A stretch of DNA of 16,044 nt from a bacterium (GTDB taxonomy: Bacteria; SZUA-182; DTGQ01; JAFGSM01). Location of the stretch: assembly GCA_049472315.1 (NCBI GenBank), contig JBLIRN010000062.1, positions 1 through 16,044 on the forward strand, given 5' to 3'. Positions within the stretch are counted from its first letter, which is position 1; the number at the start of each line of letters is the position of its first letter. The notes below the pieces were generated by a model. It was not told the origin of the DNA. It saw nothing but the letters and a program-made list of their open reading frames with translations, and searched no databases. The translations under genes and the position numbers were made by a program. This document shows, piece by piece, positions 7,780 to 16,044 of this stretch.

Positions 7780-8045
7780 CCCATCACTACCAGCATCCAA
7801 TGACATACCCCCGGGGAAGAACCGCACGGAGCGAGGATTCATCAAAGGCTTATGTGTGTCTGACTACACTGCGAAAAGGCGAATAACCTCCACGTCAGCG
7901 GAATACATGTCTGATAAAGGCATAAATCCCCAAGTGGTAGAGCTATGTTCAGTTCACTTGGTAATGAGACGCTGAGTCAACACAACAGTAATCGAAATGA
8001 TGGGATTTCATGCAGGCGGTGACAGCGATTCTTTTATTGTAGGCA

Positions 8046-8819
8046 TTATTTACTTGTTTTATTTTTCTTTGCTGGTATGGCCCTCTGCTTATCCTTCATA
8101 TAGTCCCCCACAGAAAGCCATTTTTCAATAAGACAGTACAAAACAATAAACAGATACCTGCTTCCCATTTCTTTGATTTTCAGCTTCGATTCGCCTGTTT
8201 TACGATTGGTCCATGAATTTGGCAGCACTGCATAGGAATATCCGCGGGTAATTGCCTTTAAAGGCAATTCAACGGTGAGATTAAAGTGATGGCTTAAGAA
8301 TGGCTTGAGGCCCGCAATGGTCTCATGGCGATACATCTTAAAGGCATTTGTTACATCGTTATATCGTAAGACAAAAAGGATTCGAATGAAGAGATTGAAC
8401 AGCCGGTTGAGGATCAGTTTGAATTGGGGATAGTCGTATGTCTTGCCTCCTTCCATAAAACGGGAACCAAAAACGCAGTCATACCCCTCCTCCAATTTTC
8501 TGAAAAATTTTACCACATCATGCGGGTCATCCGATCCATCTGCCATGACGATTGCTACGGCATCCCCTGTGAAATTTTCAAGGCCGGTCCTTACTGCAAA
8601 ACCGAAGCCCTTGTGATAGGAATTATTCAGGTATCTAACCTCCGGGTGGATGGCGCTCCACCTCTCAAGAATTGATTCTGTCTGATCCACACTATTGTCA
8701 TTAATAGCCAGGATTTCGAAATCAATGTATTCCGCTCTTAGAATCGTAACGAGATTGTCAATAGTCGTTTCAATACATGCGTCTTCATTATGGGCTGGTA
8801 TCACGACGGAGAGTTTCAT
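8046..8819 (-). CDS. GT2 glycosyltransferase, DPM1-like polyprenol-phosphate glycosyltransferase
   Basis: [33 protein letters not shown] (DxD-like), [16 protein letters not shown] and GESKL. ATGA overlap with the upstream gene at 8816-8819. Confidence 0.9.
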   Translation of the reverse strand: MKLSVVIPAHNEDACIETTIDNLVTILRAEYIDFEILAINDNSVDQTESILERWSAIHPEVRYLNNSYHKGFGFAVRTGLENFTGDAVAIVMADGSDDPHDVVKFFRKLEEGYDCVFGSRFMEGGKTYDYPQFKLILNRLFNLFIRILFVLRYNDVTNAFKMYRHETIAGLKPFLSHHFNLTVELPLKAITRGYSYAVLPNSWTNRKTGESKLKIKEMGSRYLFIVLYCLIEKWLSVGDYMKDKQRAIPAKKNKTSK

Positions 8820-9877
8820 ATCCTTTCGGTAATACCTTCAAAGATCTCTTGGAGTATGTCCTCCAAGCCGTAGCGAAATTCCCAATCAGGGTAGTGGCTC
8901 TTGAATTTCGAGACATCGCTGATCCACCAGATGTGATCACCGATACGATTTTTATCAATATATGACCATCCAAGTTTCTTGCCGGTAATCCTCTCGCAGA
9001 TATCTATGGCCTCCAGCATTGAACAGCATGAATGTCGGCTTCCACCGGCATTATAGACCTCTCCTTGCCGGGGATCCTTATAGAAGTGCCATAACATGTT
9101 GACGAGATCATAACTGTGGATGTTGTCCCGCACCTGCTTCCCCTTGTATCCAAAAACCGTATAATGCTCACCTGTTATGGCGCACTTCATAAGGTAATTG
9201 AGGAATCCGTGTAATTGGGTGCCGCTGTGCCTGGGCCCTGTCAGGCACCCTCCCCGAAAGATCCCGGTTTTCATGCCGAAATACCTGCCGTATTCCTGCA
9301 CCAAAACGTCGGCTGCCACCTTACTTGCTCCAAAGAGTGAATGCAGTGACTGGTCTATGCTCATATGCTCGTCAATACCCTTTTCATAGTAAGGGTGATC
9401 TTTTGCTATTTCCCACCTGGTTTCTAATTCCACGAGTGGCAATGAATTCGGTCTGTCACCATACACCTTGTTTGTCGAGGTAAAGATAAAAACCGCGCCA
9501 GGTGCATGCCTGCGGGTCATTTCCAGCATCATGAGCGTTCCGTTGGCATTCACCGTAAAATCCTTGAAGGGATTTTTTGCTGCCCAGTCATGACTGGGTT
9601 GTGCGGCGGTATGGATGATAAGCTTGAGATCGGAGGCGTACTCGGCAAAGATCTTCTCAACGCCCTTTTCATCCCGAATATCCACACCGTAGTGCGTGTA
9701 ATTTTTTATCCCCTTTTCCAGCCGCTTCCTGTTCCATACAGTTGAGGCGTCAGGTCCGAAAAATTCCTCCCTCATGTTATTGTCTATGCCGATGATTACG
9801 TCGAATTTGTCCGAGAAGAATTCGACGGCTTCGCTTCCAATAAGTCCTGCAGAACCGGTAACCAACACAACCTTCAT
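8816..9877 (-). CDS. NAD-dependent epimerase/dehydratase, CDP-paratose 2-epimerase (RfbE)-like, with non-canonical FxxxK
   Basis: [40 protein letters not shown] and RIGD. ATGA overlap with the upstream gene at 9874-9877. Confidence 0.88.
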   Translation of the reverse strand: MKVVLVTGSAGLIGSEAVEFFSDKFDVIIGIDNNMREEFFGPDASTVWNRKRLEKGIKNYTHYGVDIRDEKGVEKIFAEYASDLKLIIHTAAQPSHDWAAKNPFKDFTVNANGTLMMLEMTRRHAPGAVFIFTSTNKVYGDRPNSLPLVELETRWEIAKDHPYYEKGIDEHMSIDQSLHSLFGASKVAADVLVQEYGRYFGMKTGIFRGGCLTGPRHSGTQLHGFLNYLMKCAITGEHYTVFGYKGKQVRDNIHSYDLVNMLWHFYKDPRQGEVYNAGGSRHSCCSMLEAIDICERITGKKLGWSYIDKNRIGDHIWWISDVSKFKSHYPDWEFRYGLEDILQEIFEGITERI

Positions 9878-10935
9878 GTCAATATTCCCTCAAGTTGATG
9901 TGCGTTAGATGAAATCCACCCTGTAATCTCTTCGATAATTTTTTCGACCCGTATGGTTGGAACCCATCCTGTTGATGTGGTAACCCTTGTATTGTCGGTA
10001 AGATATATCCTCACATCCGCAGGCCTATTTTTGCGTATCTTTTTGATTGAGATGGTATTTCCCGTATATTGTGCACACAATTCAGTCAGTTCTCTCAAGG
10101 AGACGCTTATCTCCCTGCCGCCTCCTACATTAAATATCTCTCCATTCAACCTATCGATGTGCTTGATCTCATAATCAATCAGTCGAAACAGGTCCTTTAT
10201 GTGTAAAATATCACGTACCTGCTTCCCTTCACCGCCGAATCCGATATAGCTCAATTCCTGCTTCCAAAAATGCCGTGCGACCCACAAGACAATGAATCCC
10301 TGATCTACCTTTCCAAATTGCCATGGACCGCAAATAACCCCGCAGCGGTTAATTACCGCCTTAATATCATACATATCAACATATTCCCGAATCAAAAGCT
10401 CCGATGCAAGCTTTGTGGAGCCATATAAAGACCGTGGCCCCTCCAGAGGGAAATCTTCGGAGAATCCTGCCTCACTGCATCCCTGAACAGCTTGGTTACT
10501 GCTCAATTCATATCTGGTATCCGTTTCACGAAAATTTAATGCATTGATAGTTCTAAAGGGATATACGCGGCTGGTGGAAAGGGCTATAAAATCGGCCTTG
10601 CATTTTCTGGCATATTCAAGACAATTATAGGTTCCTATGAGATTAGTATTGACAAGATAATCGGGAGAGGAGTCATATCCTGAAAGGACGGATGGTTCCG
10701 CAGCACACTCAATAATGGTACGTACCTTTCCGACGCCTTCCAGATCTTCTTTATTCCTTATATCGCCATGGAAAAAAGCAATCCCTTGATGTCTTAGGCG
10801 AGAAAGATTTAGCTCGCTGCCTCGTCTTTTGAGATTATCAAAGGCAATAATCCGTGAACCCGGATATTTCTCCTTCAGAAAAAGGGCAAGAGAGGCACCG
10901 ACAAAACCAGCGCCTCCTGTAATAAGATATTCCAT
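9874..10935 (-). CDS. NAD-dependent epimerase/dehydratase, RfbE-like, with canonical YxxxK
   Basis: [43 protein letters not shown] and GKQVRD. Start is ATG 10935 or GTG 10941. Confidence 0.88.
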   Translation of the reverse strand: MEYLITGGAGFVGASLALFLKEKYPGSRIIAFDNLKRRGSELNLSRLRHQGIAFFHGDIRNKEDLEGVGKVRTIIECAAEPSVLSGYDSSPDYLVNTNLIGTYNCLEYARKCKADFIALSTSRVYPFRTINALNFRETDTRYELSSNQAVQGCSEAGFSEDFPLEGPRSLYGSTKLASELLIREYVDMYDIKAVINRCGVICGPWQFGKVDQGFIVLWVARHFWKQELSYIGFGGEGKQVRDILHIKDLFRLIDYEIKHIDRLNGEIFNVGGGREISVSLRELTELCAQYTGNTISIKKIRKNRPADVRIYLTDNTRVTTSTGWVPTIRVEKIIEEITGWISSNAHQLEGILT

Positions 10936-10984
10936 TTTCACCCAAGATGTTTTTAACGATTACATGTATAAACACGGCAGTACT

Positions 10985-11014
10985 ATTTTACTATACTTCC
11001 AATCAATAGTAAAA
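10985..11014 (-). promoter_or_regulatory. Possible internal sigma70 promoter overlapped by a 9-bp inverted repeat
   Basis: Minus strand TTTACT-N17-TAAAAT (11013-11008 / 10990-10985). Inverted repeat TTTTACTAT-N11-ATAGTAAAA. Confidence 0.4.
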
Positions 11015-11142
11015 GGCATTCATGAATAATCCTTGATCTCACCTTTGCGAATGGAAAGACTGCCAAGTAATTATCATACTAAGTCCTTTCCATGAAGCTC
11101 ATGACATATGAACATAGTTCTGGAAATTCCATCTCAAATGGA

Positions 11143-12963
11143 CTATATGAAAATTGGCTTTGAATATCCCTCTTGTCTTTTATAAATATACATCTTTCGC
11201 TTTAAAAAGCCAAAGAAACTTTCTTTGGAAAAGCTTCTATATAAAAGAAGACCTTCTTGACTTTTTTCTAATCCTGACTTTGATGTCACAAAAAAGGCGG
11301 CGAAGGGATGAAGATTGTGCCAATTAATTGGTCTTCCTGCATTGATATCTTTATATAATTCATCAATGTAAGTCAGACTATAAAAATTGTTGAATCCCAA
11401 CCCTCCATGTATTACATTAGGGGAAATTCCCTCAGCAATCAAGGATTGCGCTGCTCCCCACTGAAGATCTAAATGAAGGTTGCGAGACATTGAAGGATAG
11501 ATATATATAATAAAAAATAGTAGGTATATAAGTATGAAAGTCTTTCTCGATTCCTTCATGGTGGCCAAATACCTTATTACGATATAGATCGCTACAATTG
11601 AAAGAGGGTAAATGTATCGATCATATCTTAAATAGAGGAGTATTGTGAGTACGACGTAGATAATGCCCCAGAGATACAGGAACTTCTCACCGAAATCGAT
11701 CCTTCCGTTTCCCTTTTCATCGCCCGCCTTTTTTTCTCTATGCCCCTGTTTTTTGTTCCTTTTCCTTTCTTTTTTGGTAGGGGGAGTGTTTTTTGAACGT
11801 GTTGGAAAGAAAAAGTCTATCACCCTCGTAAGGATTATAATCCCTCCCAATCCCGTAAAAAAAGTGAGAAGTATAGCTGCCAGGCTCTTACTTAATAGTG
11901 AGGCGTCGAATATACTTGTTAATGCACCAATTGAAAATATACTCGGCAAGTAAGGCATGAGTTGATTTTTTTTCGAATATAAAAAAACAGTTCCTAATAA
12001 CAGGTATGCAATAGAAAAAGTAAGGATTCCCAATCTTGAGACAAGATCTTTTATCTTTTCAGGTGTCATAACTAATGATATATAGAATACAAAGAATAAT
12101 GGGGCGACATATAGAGGAATATAATGAAGGGAAAAAAGAATCCCATAATATAGCTTTTTAATAAAATTAAAGGGGCTTGTGAATATTGAAACCAAAGTGT
12201 GCCTTGCCAAAGTATAAGAATAGGAACCCGTTGGCTGTCCTTTTCTACTAAAGGAGACGACAAGATAAAACAAGCCGATGGCAATGAAAGGAAGCAATGA
12301 TGCAGCAATTGAATGTAATGCAATTTTCTTATTGAGCTTTTTATAGTAAAGAATAGATACATATAGCAGGGCAGCAGAAACAGAAATGGCATATTGCCTG
12401 GTCAATATACCCAATATGCAAAAAAGACTGCCTATATACAGACTGAGAATTTTTTCTTTTCGTAATCCCCTCATAAAGAACAAGAGGGAGAAGACGAGAT
12501 AAAACATAAAAAATGGTTCCGTCATATACCAGTCAATAAATCGAAGAGAAATTGGACTTATGAGGAGGGTTAAGGCGCCAAAAAAGGCAAGGAAGGGATT
12601 CACCTTGGATTCCGACAACAGAAGGTACATCCCCAAAAGCATGAAAAAATTGGCGACATATACGGCAAAATGGATCATTTTGAGATTAAAGCCGGGGATG
12701 AGAAAGAATGGATAGGTAAATAGCAATTGGCCAATAAGGGCAGGTGCGGCCCCACTCGTATCTATCTTACCCTGTTCATAGAATATCTTGGCGCTTCGCC
12801 CGAATATCCCTGCGTCGGCGCTTAGATGTCTATAATCGGAGGAAATAATAAGAAATGAGAAGACAAGGAAAAACAGAATCCCTGCGATCGGCCATTTGTG
12901 TTTTATGATAACGGCTCCAAAGGAATCCGAACATCCGTTCTTCGCATCATTGCCTGGGCCCAA
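11143..12963 (-). CDS. Polytopic membrane glycosyltransferase, GT-C fold (ArnT/PMT-like)
   Basis: About 12 hydrophobic segments, an acidic residue in the loop after TM1 (SADAG), MTEP, LTRQ, DRYIYP and a soluble C-terminal domain. TTG start preceded by AGGAGAAGGA. Lies upstream of sugar-nucleotide genes. Confidence 0.75.
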   Translation of the reverse strand: MGPGNDAKNGCSDSFGAVIIKHKWPIAGILFFLVFSFLIISSDYRHLSADAGIFGRSAKIFYEQGKIDTSGAAPALIGQLLFTYPFFLIPGFNLKMIHFAVYVANFFMLLGMYLLLSESKVNPFLAFFGALTLLISPISLRFIDWYMTEPFFMFYLVFSLLFFMRGLRKEKILSLYIGSLFCILGILTRQYAISVSAALLYVSILYYKKLNKKIALHSIAASLLPFIAIGLFYLVVSFSRKGQPTGSYSYTLARHTLVSIFTSPFNFIKKLYYGILFSLHYIPLYVAPLFFVFYISLVMTPEKIKDLVSRLGILTFSIAYLLLGTVFLYSKKNQLMPYLPSIFSIGALTSIFDASLLSKSLAAILLTFFTGLGGIIILTRVIDFFFPTRSKNTPPTKKERKRNKKQGHREKKAGDEKGNGRIDFGEKFLYLWGIIYVVLTILLYLRYDRYIYPLSIVAIYIVIRYLATMKESRKTFILIYLLFFIIYIYPSMSRNLHLDLQWGAAQSLIAEGISPNVIHGGLGFNNFYSLTYIDELYKDINAGRPINWHNLHPFAAFFVTSKSGLEKSQEGLLLYRSFSKESFFGFLKRKMYIYKRQEGYSKPIFI

Positions 12964-13192
12964 AATATCCTTCTCCTTTTCGATACTGATCCTATTAATG
13001 AATGGGTGAAACTCGAGGGTAAGCCTTTGCCATGTCTCCTTTTTCCCGGCCGTCTTATAAAAACATAAGAATGAGACATTTCAGGGAGGCCGTTTTGATT
13101 GTATCCTTCATGCTGTATCTTATTCCGGAGCGATCAATTATATGTACAGGGCTTTTGCAAGAATGTTACTTTTAACAGCAGATATGATTTTC

Positions 13193-13221
13193 AGTATAAA
13201 ATTACCATTATATAAAGTCAA
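13193..13221 (-). promoter_or_regulatory. Near-consensus sigma70 promoter for the glycosylation cassette
   Basis: Minus strand TTGACT (13221-13216)-N17-TATACT (13198-13193). Confidence 0.7.
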
Positions 13222-13315
13222 TTCATTCTCCGACGCTTATTCTCCAAGAGTCCTGCGCTTGTCAAGCACCATATTTCAGACTCCATACACCAATGAGCCC
13301 CTTCTGGAAAATCGG

Positions 13316-13679
13316 TATTGCCAGGCGCTGTCTTTTCCTTCCAGAAAGACGCTTTCCCTGTTGCCCTATGACGGTAGCATGCCGGTTGGGCATGGCCCGG
13401 ATAAGATCGGCGGCACGGGAAACGGTGGCTGCCCGGATGATCTTCTCATTGCAGATGCCTCCAAGGGCGTATCCTCCATAGGTGTTTCCGCATGTATGGA
13501 GGATATCGAAAAACAGGTGGGTCTCTCCCGATGAAGTGGATAAGTGTCCCGATGGTCAGGACATCCCTGGATATCATCCGGCTTCCGGAGACGAAGATGA
13601 TTCCTCAGTACCGTATCCGACGGTATCCCGGTCCAATCAAAATACAGACCGGTATCGATACGTAGGTAAGCGTGTGCCA
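13316..13679 (-). pseudogene. Degraded fragment of an MsbA/MdlA-type fused ABC exporter
   Basis: Manual translation. 13525-13316 gives ETHLFFD...EKIIRAATVSRAADLIRAMPNRHATVIGQQGKRLSGRKRQRLAI (post-Q-loop region and a decayed LSGGQRQRLAI signature). 13604-13527, in another frame, gives GIIFVSGSRMISRDVLTIGTLIHFIG (TM5-6-like LTIGxLxxF). It contains an in-frame stop and a frameshift, and has no Walker A or B. Confidence 0.75.
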
Positions 13680-13715
13680 TTTCGCTGTCTATGAACAATG
13701 CACAGGGTGCGCGAC

Positions 13716-13729
13716 CAATCAATTGATTG
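13716..13729. promoter_or_regulatory. Perfect 14-bp palindrome, candidate transcription-factor / enhancer-binding-protein site
   Basis: CAATCAATTGATTG is its own reverse complement and lies about 100 bp upstream of the candidate -24 element. Confidence 0.5.
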
Positions 13730-13824
13730 TTCCGGCACCTTTCATATAATCTGCGGCGGAACGGTAATCTTCGGCGTACCGGAACGCACGCATTGTGCGA
13801 ACTCATACATTCGCAGTGGAAATA

Positions 13825-13840
13825 TGGCATATACATTGCT
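13825..13840 (+). promoter_or_regulatory. Candidate sigma54 (-24/-12) promoter
   Basis: TGGCAT-ATACA-TTGCT has GG-N10-GC spacing matching TGGCAC-N5-TTGCW, 90 nt before ATG 13931. Confidence 0.65.
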
Positions 13841-13930
13841 ATTATTGTTAATAACAGGGTGGGATCCGGAACAGGATGCAATTGATTATCTGCCGCCACA
13901 CAACGTGGCAAGAAAGTGGGAGCGGGCCAT

Positions 13931-14959
13931 ATGGATGCAGAGAATCTCAAGACCATCATCAAGGATTTCGGCATTGACCGGGTGCAGTCGGTAAATCCTC
14001 TTGAAAAGGGCCTCATAAACAAGACCTACCTCATCGAGACGGACCAGAACAAATATATACTGCAGAAGATCCACGGCATATTTCCGGATACGGTAACGGA
14101 GGATATTGACGTAGTAACATGCTTTCTGAGGGACAGCGGGATCACCACACCCCTGTTGCTCCGCAAGCAGGACGATAGCGTCCTGACAAAGCAGGGGACC
14201 GATTCGTGGCGCATGGCCACCTATATCGAAGGAAGGACCTTCGATACCATGCCCGGGATCGAGTTTGCCCGCTCAGCCGGCCATCTGGTGGGGCAATTTC
14301 ACCGGGCCCTTTCCGGCCTGAATTATCAGTTCAGGCATCAATCCAGAATCTGGCATAAGACCGAATACTTCATGGAGCGCCTTTGCAGCAGCCTTGCCGA
14401 TTGTGAAGACAAGGATATTTGTTCCATCAAGGATGATATTCTGACCGCGTATCACTCCATAACGCTCCACCCCCTGCCGGCCCGTCATATCGTCCATGGG
14501 GATTTGAAGAGCAATAACATCCTGTTCGAGACATCGGGCAGCAGGGCGGTGTGCCTTATAGATCTGGACACGCTGCGAAGGGGAAGCATATCCCTCGAGA
14601 TGGGCGATGCCGTTCGCTCCTGGTGCAATCCCGGGGGTGAGGATTCAGGGAAGACATATTTCAATGTGGACCTTTTTCGCGCGGCAATGGAGGGGTACAT
14701 CCCTGAGGTGCGCAGTATTGTCGAAGACCATGAGTTTCTGGCGATTCCCTCCTCAGCCGCCACCATAGCCCTGGAGCTTTCTGCACGGTTTCTGGAGGAC
14801 GCCCATACACAATCCTATTTCCAACTGGACTCAAGGCATTATGCCTCGCTCTATGAACAGAATCTCAACAAGGCCATCAACTCGTTGAAGCTCTCCTATG
14901 ACCTCAGGGCAAAGGAAGAGACCGCCGCTTCCATCATCAGAAACCTTCTCAGGACCTGA
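13931..14959 (+). CDS. APH-fold phosphotransferase, N-acetylhexosamine 1-kinase (NahK)-like sugar kinase
   Basis: GLINKTY, YILQKI, Brenner motif HGDLKSNNILF, CLIDLDT, GDAVRSWCN and ELSARFLED. RBS GGGAG 8 nt before ATG 13931. Confidence 0.82.
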   Translation: MDAENLKTIIKDFGIDRVQSVNPLEKGLINKTYLIETDQNKYILQKIHGIFPDTVTEDIDVVTCFLRDSGITTPLLLRKQDDSVLTKQGTDSWRMATYIEGRTFDTMPGIEFARSAGHLVGQFHRALSGLNYQFRHQSRIWHKTEYFMERLCSSLADCEDKDICSIKDDILTAYHSITLHPLPARHIVHGDLKSNNILFETSGSRAVCLIDLDTLRRGSISLEMGDAVRSWCNPGGEDSGKTYFNVDLFRAAMEGYIPEVRSIVEDHEFLAIPSSAATIALELSARFLEDAHTQSYFQLDSRHYASLYEQNLNKAINSLKLSYDLRAKEETAASIIRNLLRT

Positions 14960-14962
14960 TGC

Positions 14963-15667
14963 ATGCAGGCCGTCATATTGGCAGCGGGAAAGGGCATACG
15001 ATTACACCCGCTTACCTGCAACACACCAAAACCGATGCTGAAGGTGCTGGGTCGTCCGATCATGACACATCTCCTCGATTCCCTTCCCGGCCTTGTCGAT
15101 GAAGCAATCATTGTGGTGGGGCATCTCGCCGATCGGATCAAGGATCATTTCGGCAGCGACTACCAGGGGCGAAGGATCCGGTATGCGCATCAACGGAAGC
15201 AGTTGGGGACCTTCGACGCCCTTCACGCGGCACGGGCGTTTCTCAAGGGTGATTCCTTTCTGTGCCTGGTGGGGGACGATTTTTACACCACAGAGGATTT
15301 GGATGAGCTTGCCCGCCATGATCTGGCGATGCTGGTCATGGAAAGGGATGATCCCGGCAGGTTCAATATCTGCATCGAAAGGGACGGCTTTCTACACGAC
15401 ATCGTCAAGAAGCCCGAACATGATTTCGGACCATATCTGATTTTTATCGGCGCATGCGTATTGACGGACGATATCTTCAGCGAAGGGATCGTCTATAACA
15501 CCCAGCAGGAGCAGTCATTGCCCCATGCCATGCTGTCGTTGAGCAGGCGACATCCCATCCGGATGATCCGGGCCCGTTTCTGGCATTCGGTTACCTCCCC
15601 TGAGGACATATCCGAGGCGGAAAGGTTGCTGAAAAAGCGGGATTCACGGACCGGCCGTGCCTGCTGA
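14963..15667 (+). CDS. Sugar-1-phosphate nucleotidyltransferase (NTP_transferase family, single domain)
   Basis: MQAVILAAGKGIRLHPLT..PKPML, QLGT, GDD and VKKP. Starts 3 nt after the kinase stop. Confidence 0.9.
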   Translation: MQAVILAAGKGIRLHPLTCNTPKPMLKVLGRPIMTHLLDSLPGLVDEAIIVVGHLADRIKDHFGSDYQGRRIRYAHQRKQLGTFDALHAARAFLKGDSFLCLVGDDFYTTEDLDELARHDLAMLVMERDDPGRFNICIERDGFLHDIVKKPEHDFGPYLIFIGACVLTDDIFSEGIVYNTQQEQSLPHAMLSLSRRHPIRMIRARFWHSVTSPEDISEAERLLKKRDSRTGRAC

Positions 15668-15723
15668 GGCAGTGAACAGTAATCACCTTGAGAGGTCTCT
15701 TTCGGATGCCAGTTGTATTGCCA

Positions 15724-16044
15724 TCAAGTTATAACATTGCCATAGATTTTTGTCGTATTTCCCCCCCTCACTGAAGCTGCTGGCCATATTAGTCTGTATT
15801 TATCGGTCATATGGGTCATGATAGCAGCGAGCCAAATAGCATCAAAAAGATCGATTGGTTGTTCATACCTGTTTTTTGCGAAACCAGGGTAGTCTTTAAT
15901 TTCAAATGGTTCACCTTCTAAAAAAATGTCATTTGTCACATTTTTTCAAATAAATCCATTAAGGAGATCGATAAGAAAATCACTTTGGATTAATGGGAAT
16001 CGAAATAAATCGATCCTTCGCAGTATGCATTGGGGATTCTGATA
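15724..16044 (-). other. AT-rich reading frame entering from the window edge, interrupted by one TGA (possible pseudogene or two small ORFs)
   Basis: The frame is open 16044-15949, has TGA at 15948-15946, and reopens to TGA at 15726-15724. No family recognised. Confidence 0.3.

Noticed and set aside
7881..7961. GAATAAC...GTCAGCGG resembling the left half of an integron attC, and a CCAAGTG/CACTTGG hairpin
   Set aside because: Imperfect RYYYAAC, no complementary right half with GTTRRRY, and no integrase in the window.
13142..14022. ORFs 13142-13534 (+), 13366-14022 (-) and 13698-13994 (+)
   Set aside because: No motifs. They overlap promoters, the kinase start and the ABC remnant, which lies in other frames.
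13931..14959. Calling the kinase an aminoglycoside-resistance gene
   Set aside because: The APH fold is shared, but the motifs and the nucleotidyltransferase partner fit a sugar-1-kinase better.

Overview
Bacterial chromosomal window. The GC-rich flanks and the ftsH, cspA and sigma54 features suggest an anaerobic Desulfobacterota/deltaproteobacterium-like host (inference only). Left to right: the 3' end of ftsH, converging on a GNAT + HDAC-family deacetylase fusion; a UPF0316/DUF2179-type membrane protein; a ~863-aa uncharacterised protein with a helical head, an acidic Pro/Glu-rich region on an 11-aa (33-bp) register carrying five copies of an amphipathic helix motif, and a Lys-rich tail; a DUF1848 radical-SAM-like gene with a clear sigma70 promoter; cspA with a structured leader and terminator; an AT-rich minus-strand glycosylation cassette (GT-C membrane transferase, two tandem RfbE-like SDRs of which one has FxxxK instead of YxxxK, and a DPM1-like GT2); a collapsed ABC-exporter pseudogene absent from the ORF track; and a candidate sigma54 promoter with an upstream 14-bp palindrome ahead of a NahK/APH-like kinase + nucleotidyltransferase pair. 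No CRISPR, rRNA, tRNA or intact mobile element was seen. The best novelty candidates are the multivalent repeat scaffold protein, the GNAT-HDAC fusion and the Tyr-less SDR pair. All family calls come from motif recognition by eye, with no database searches.
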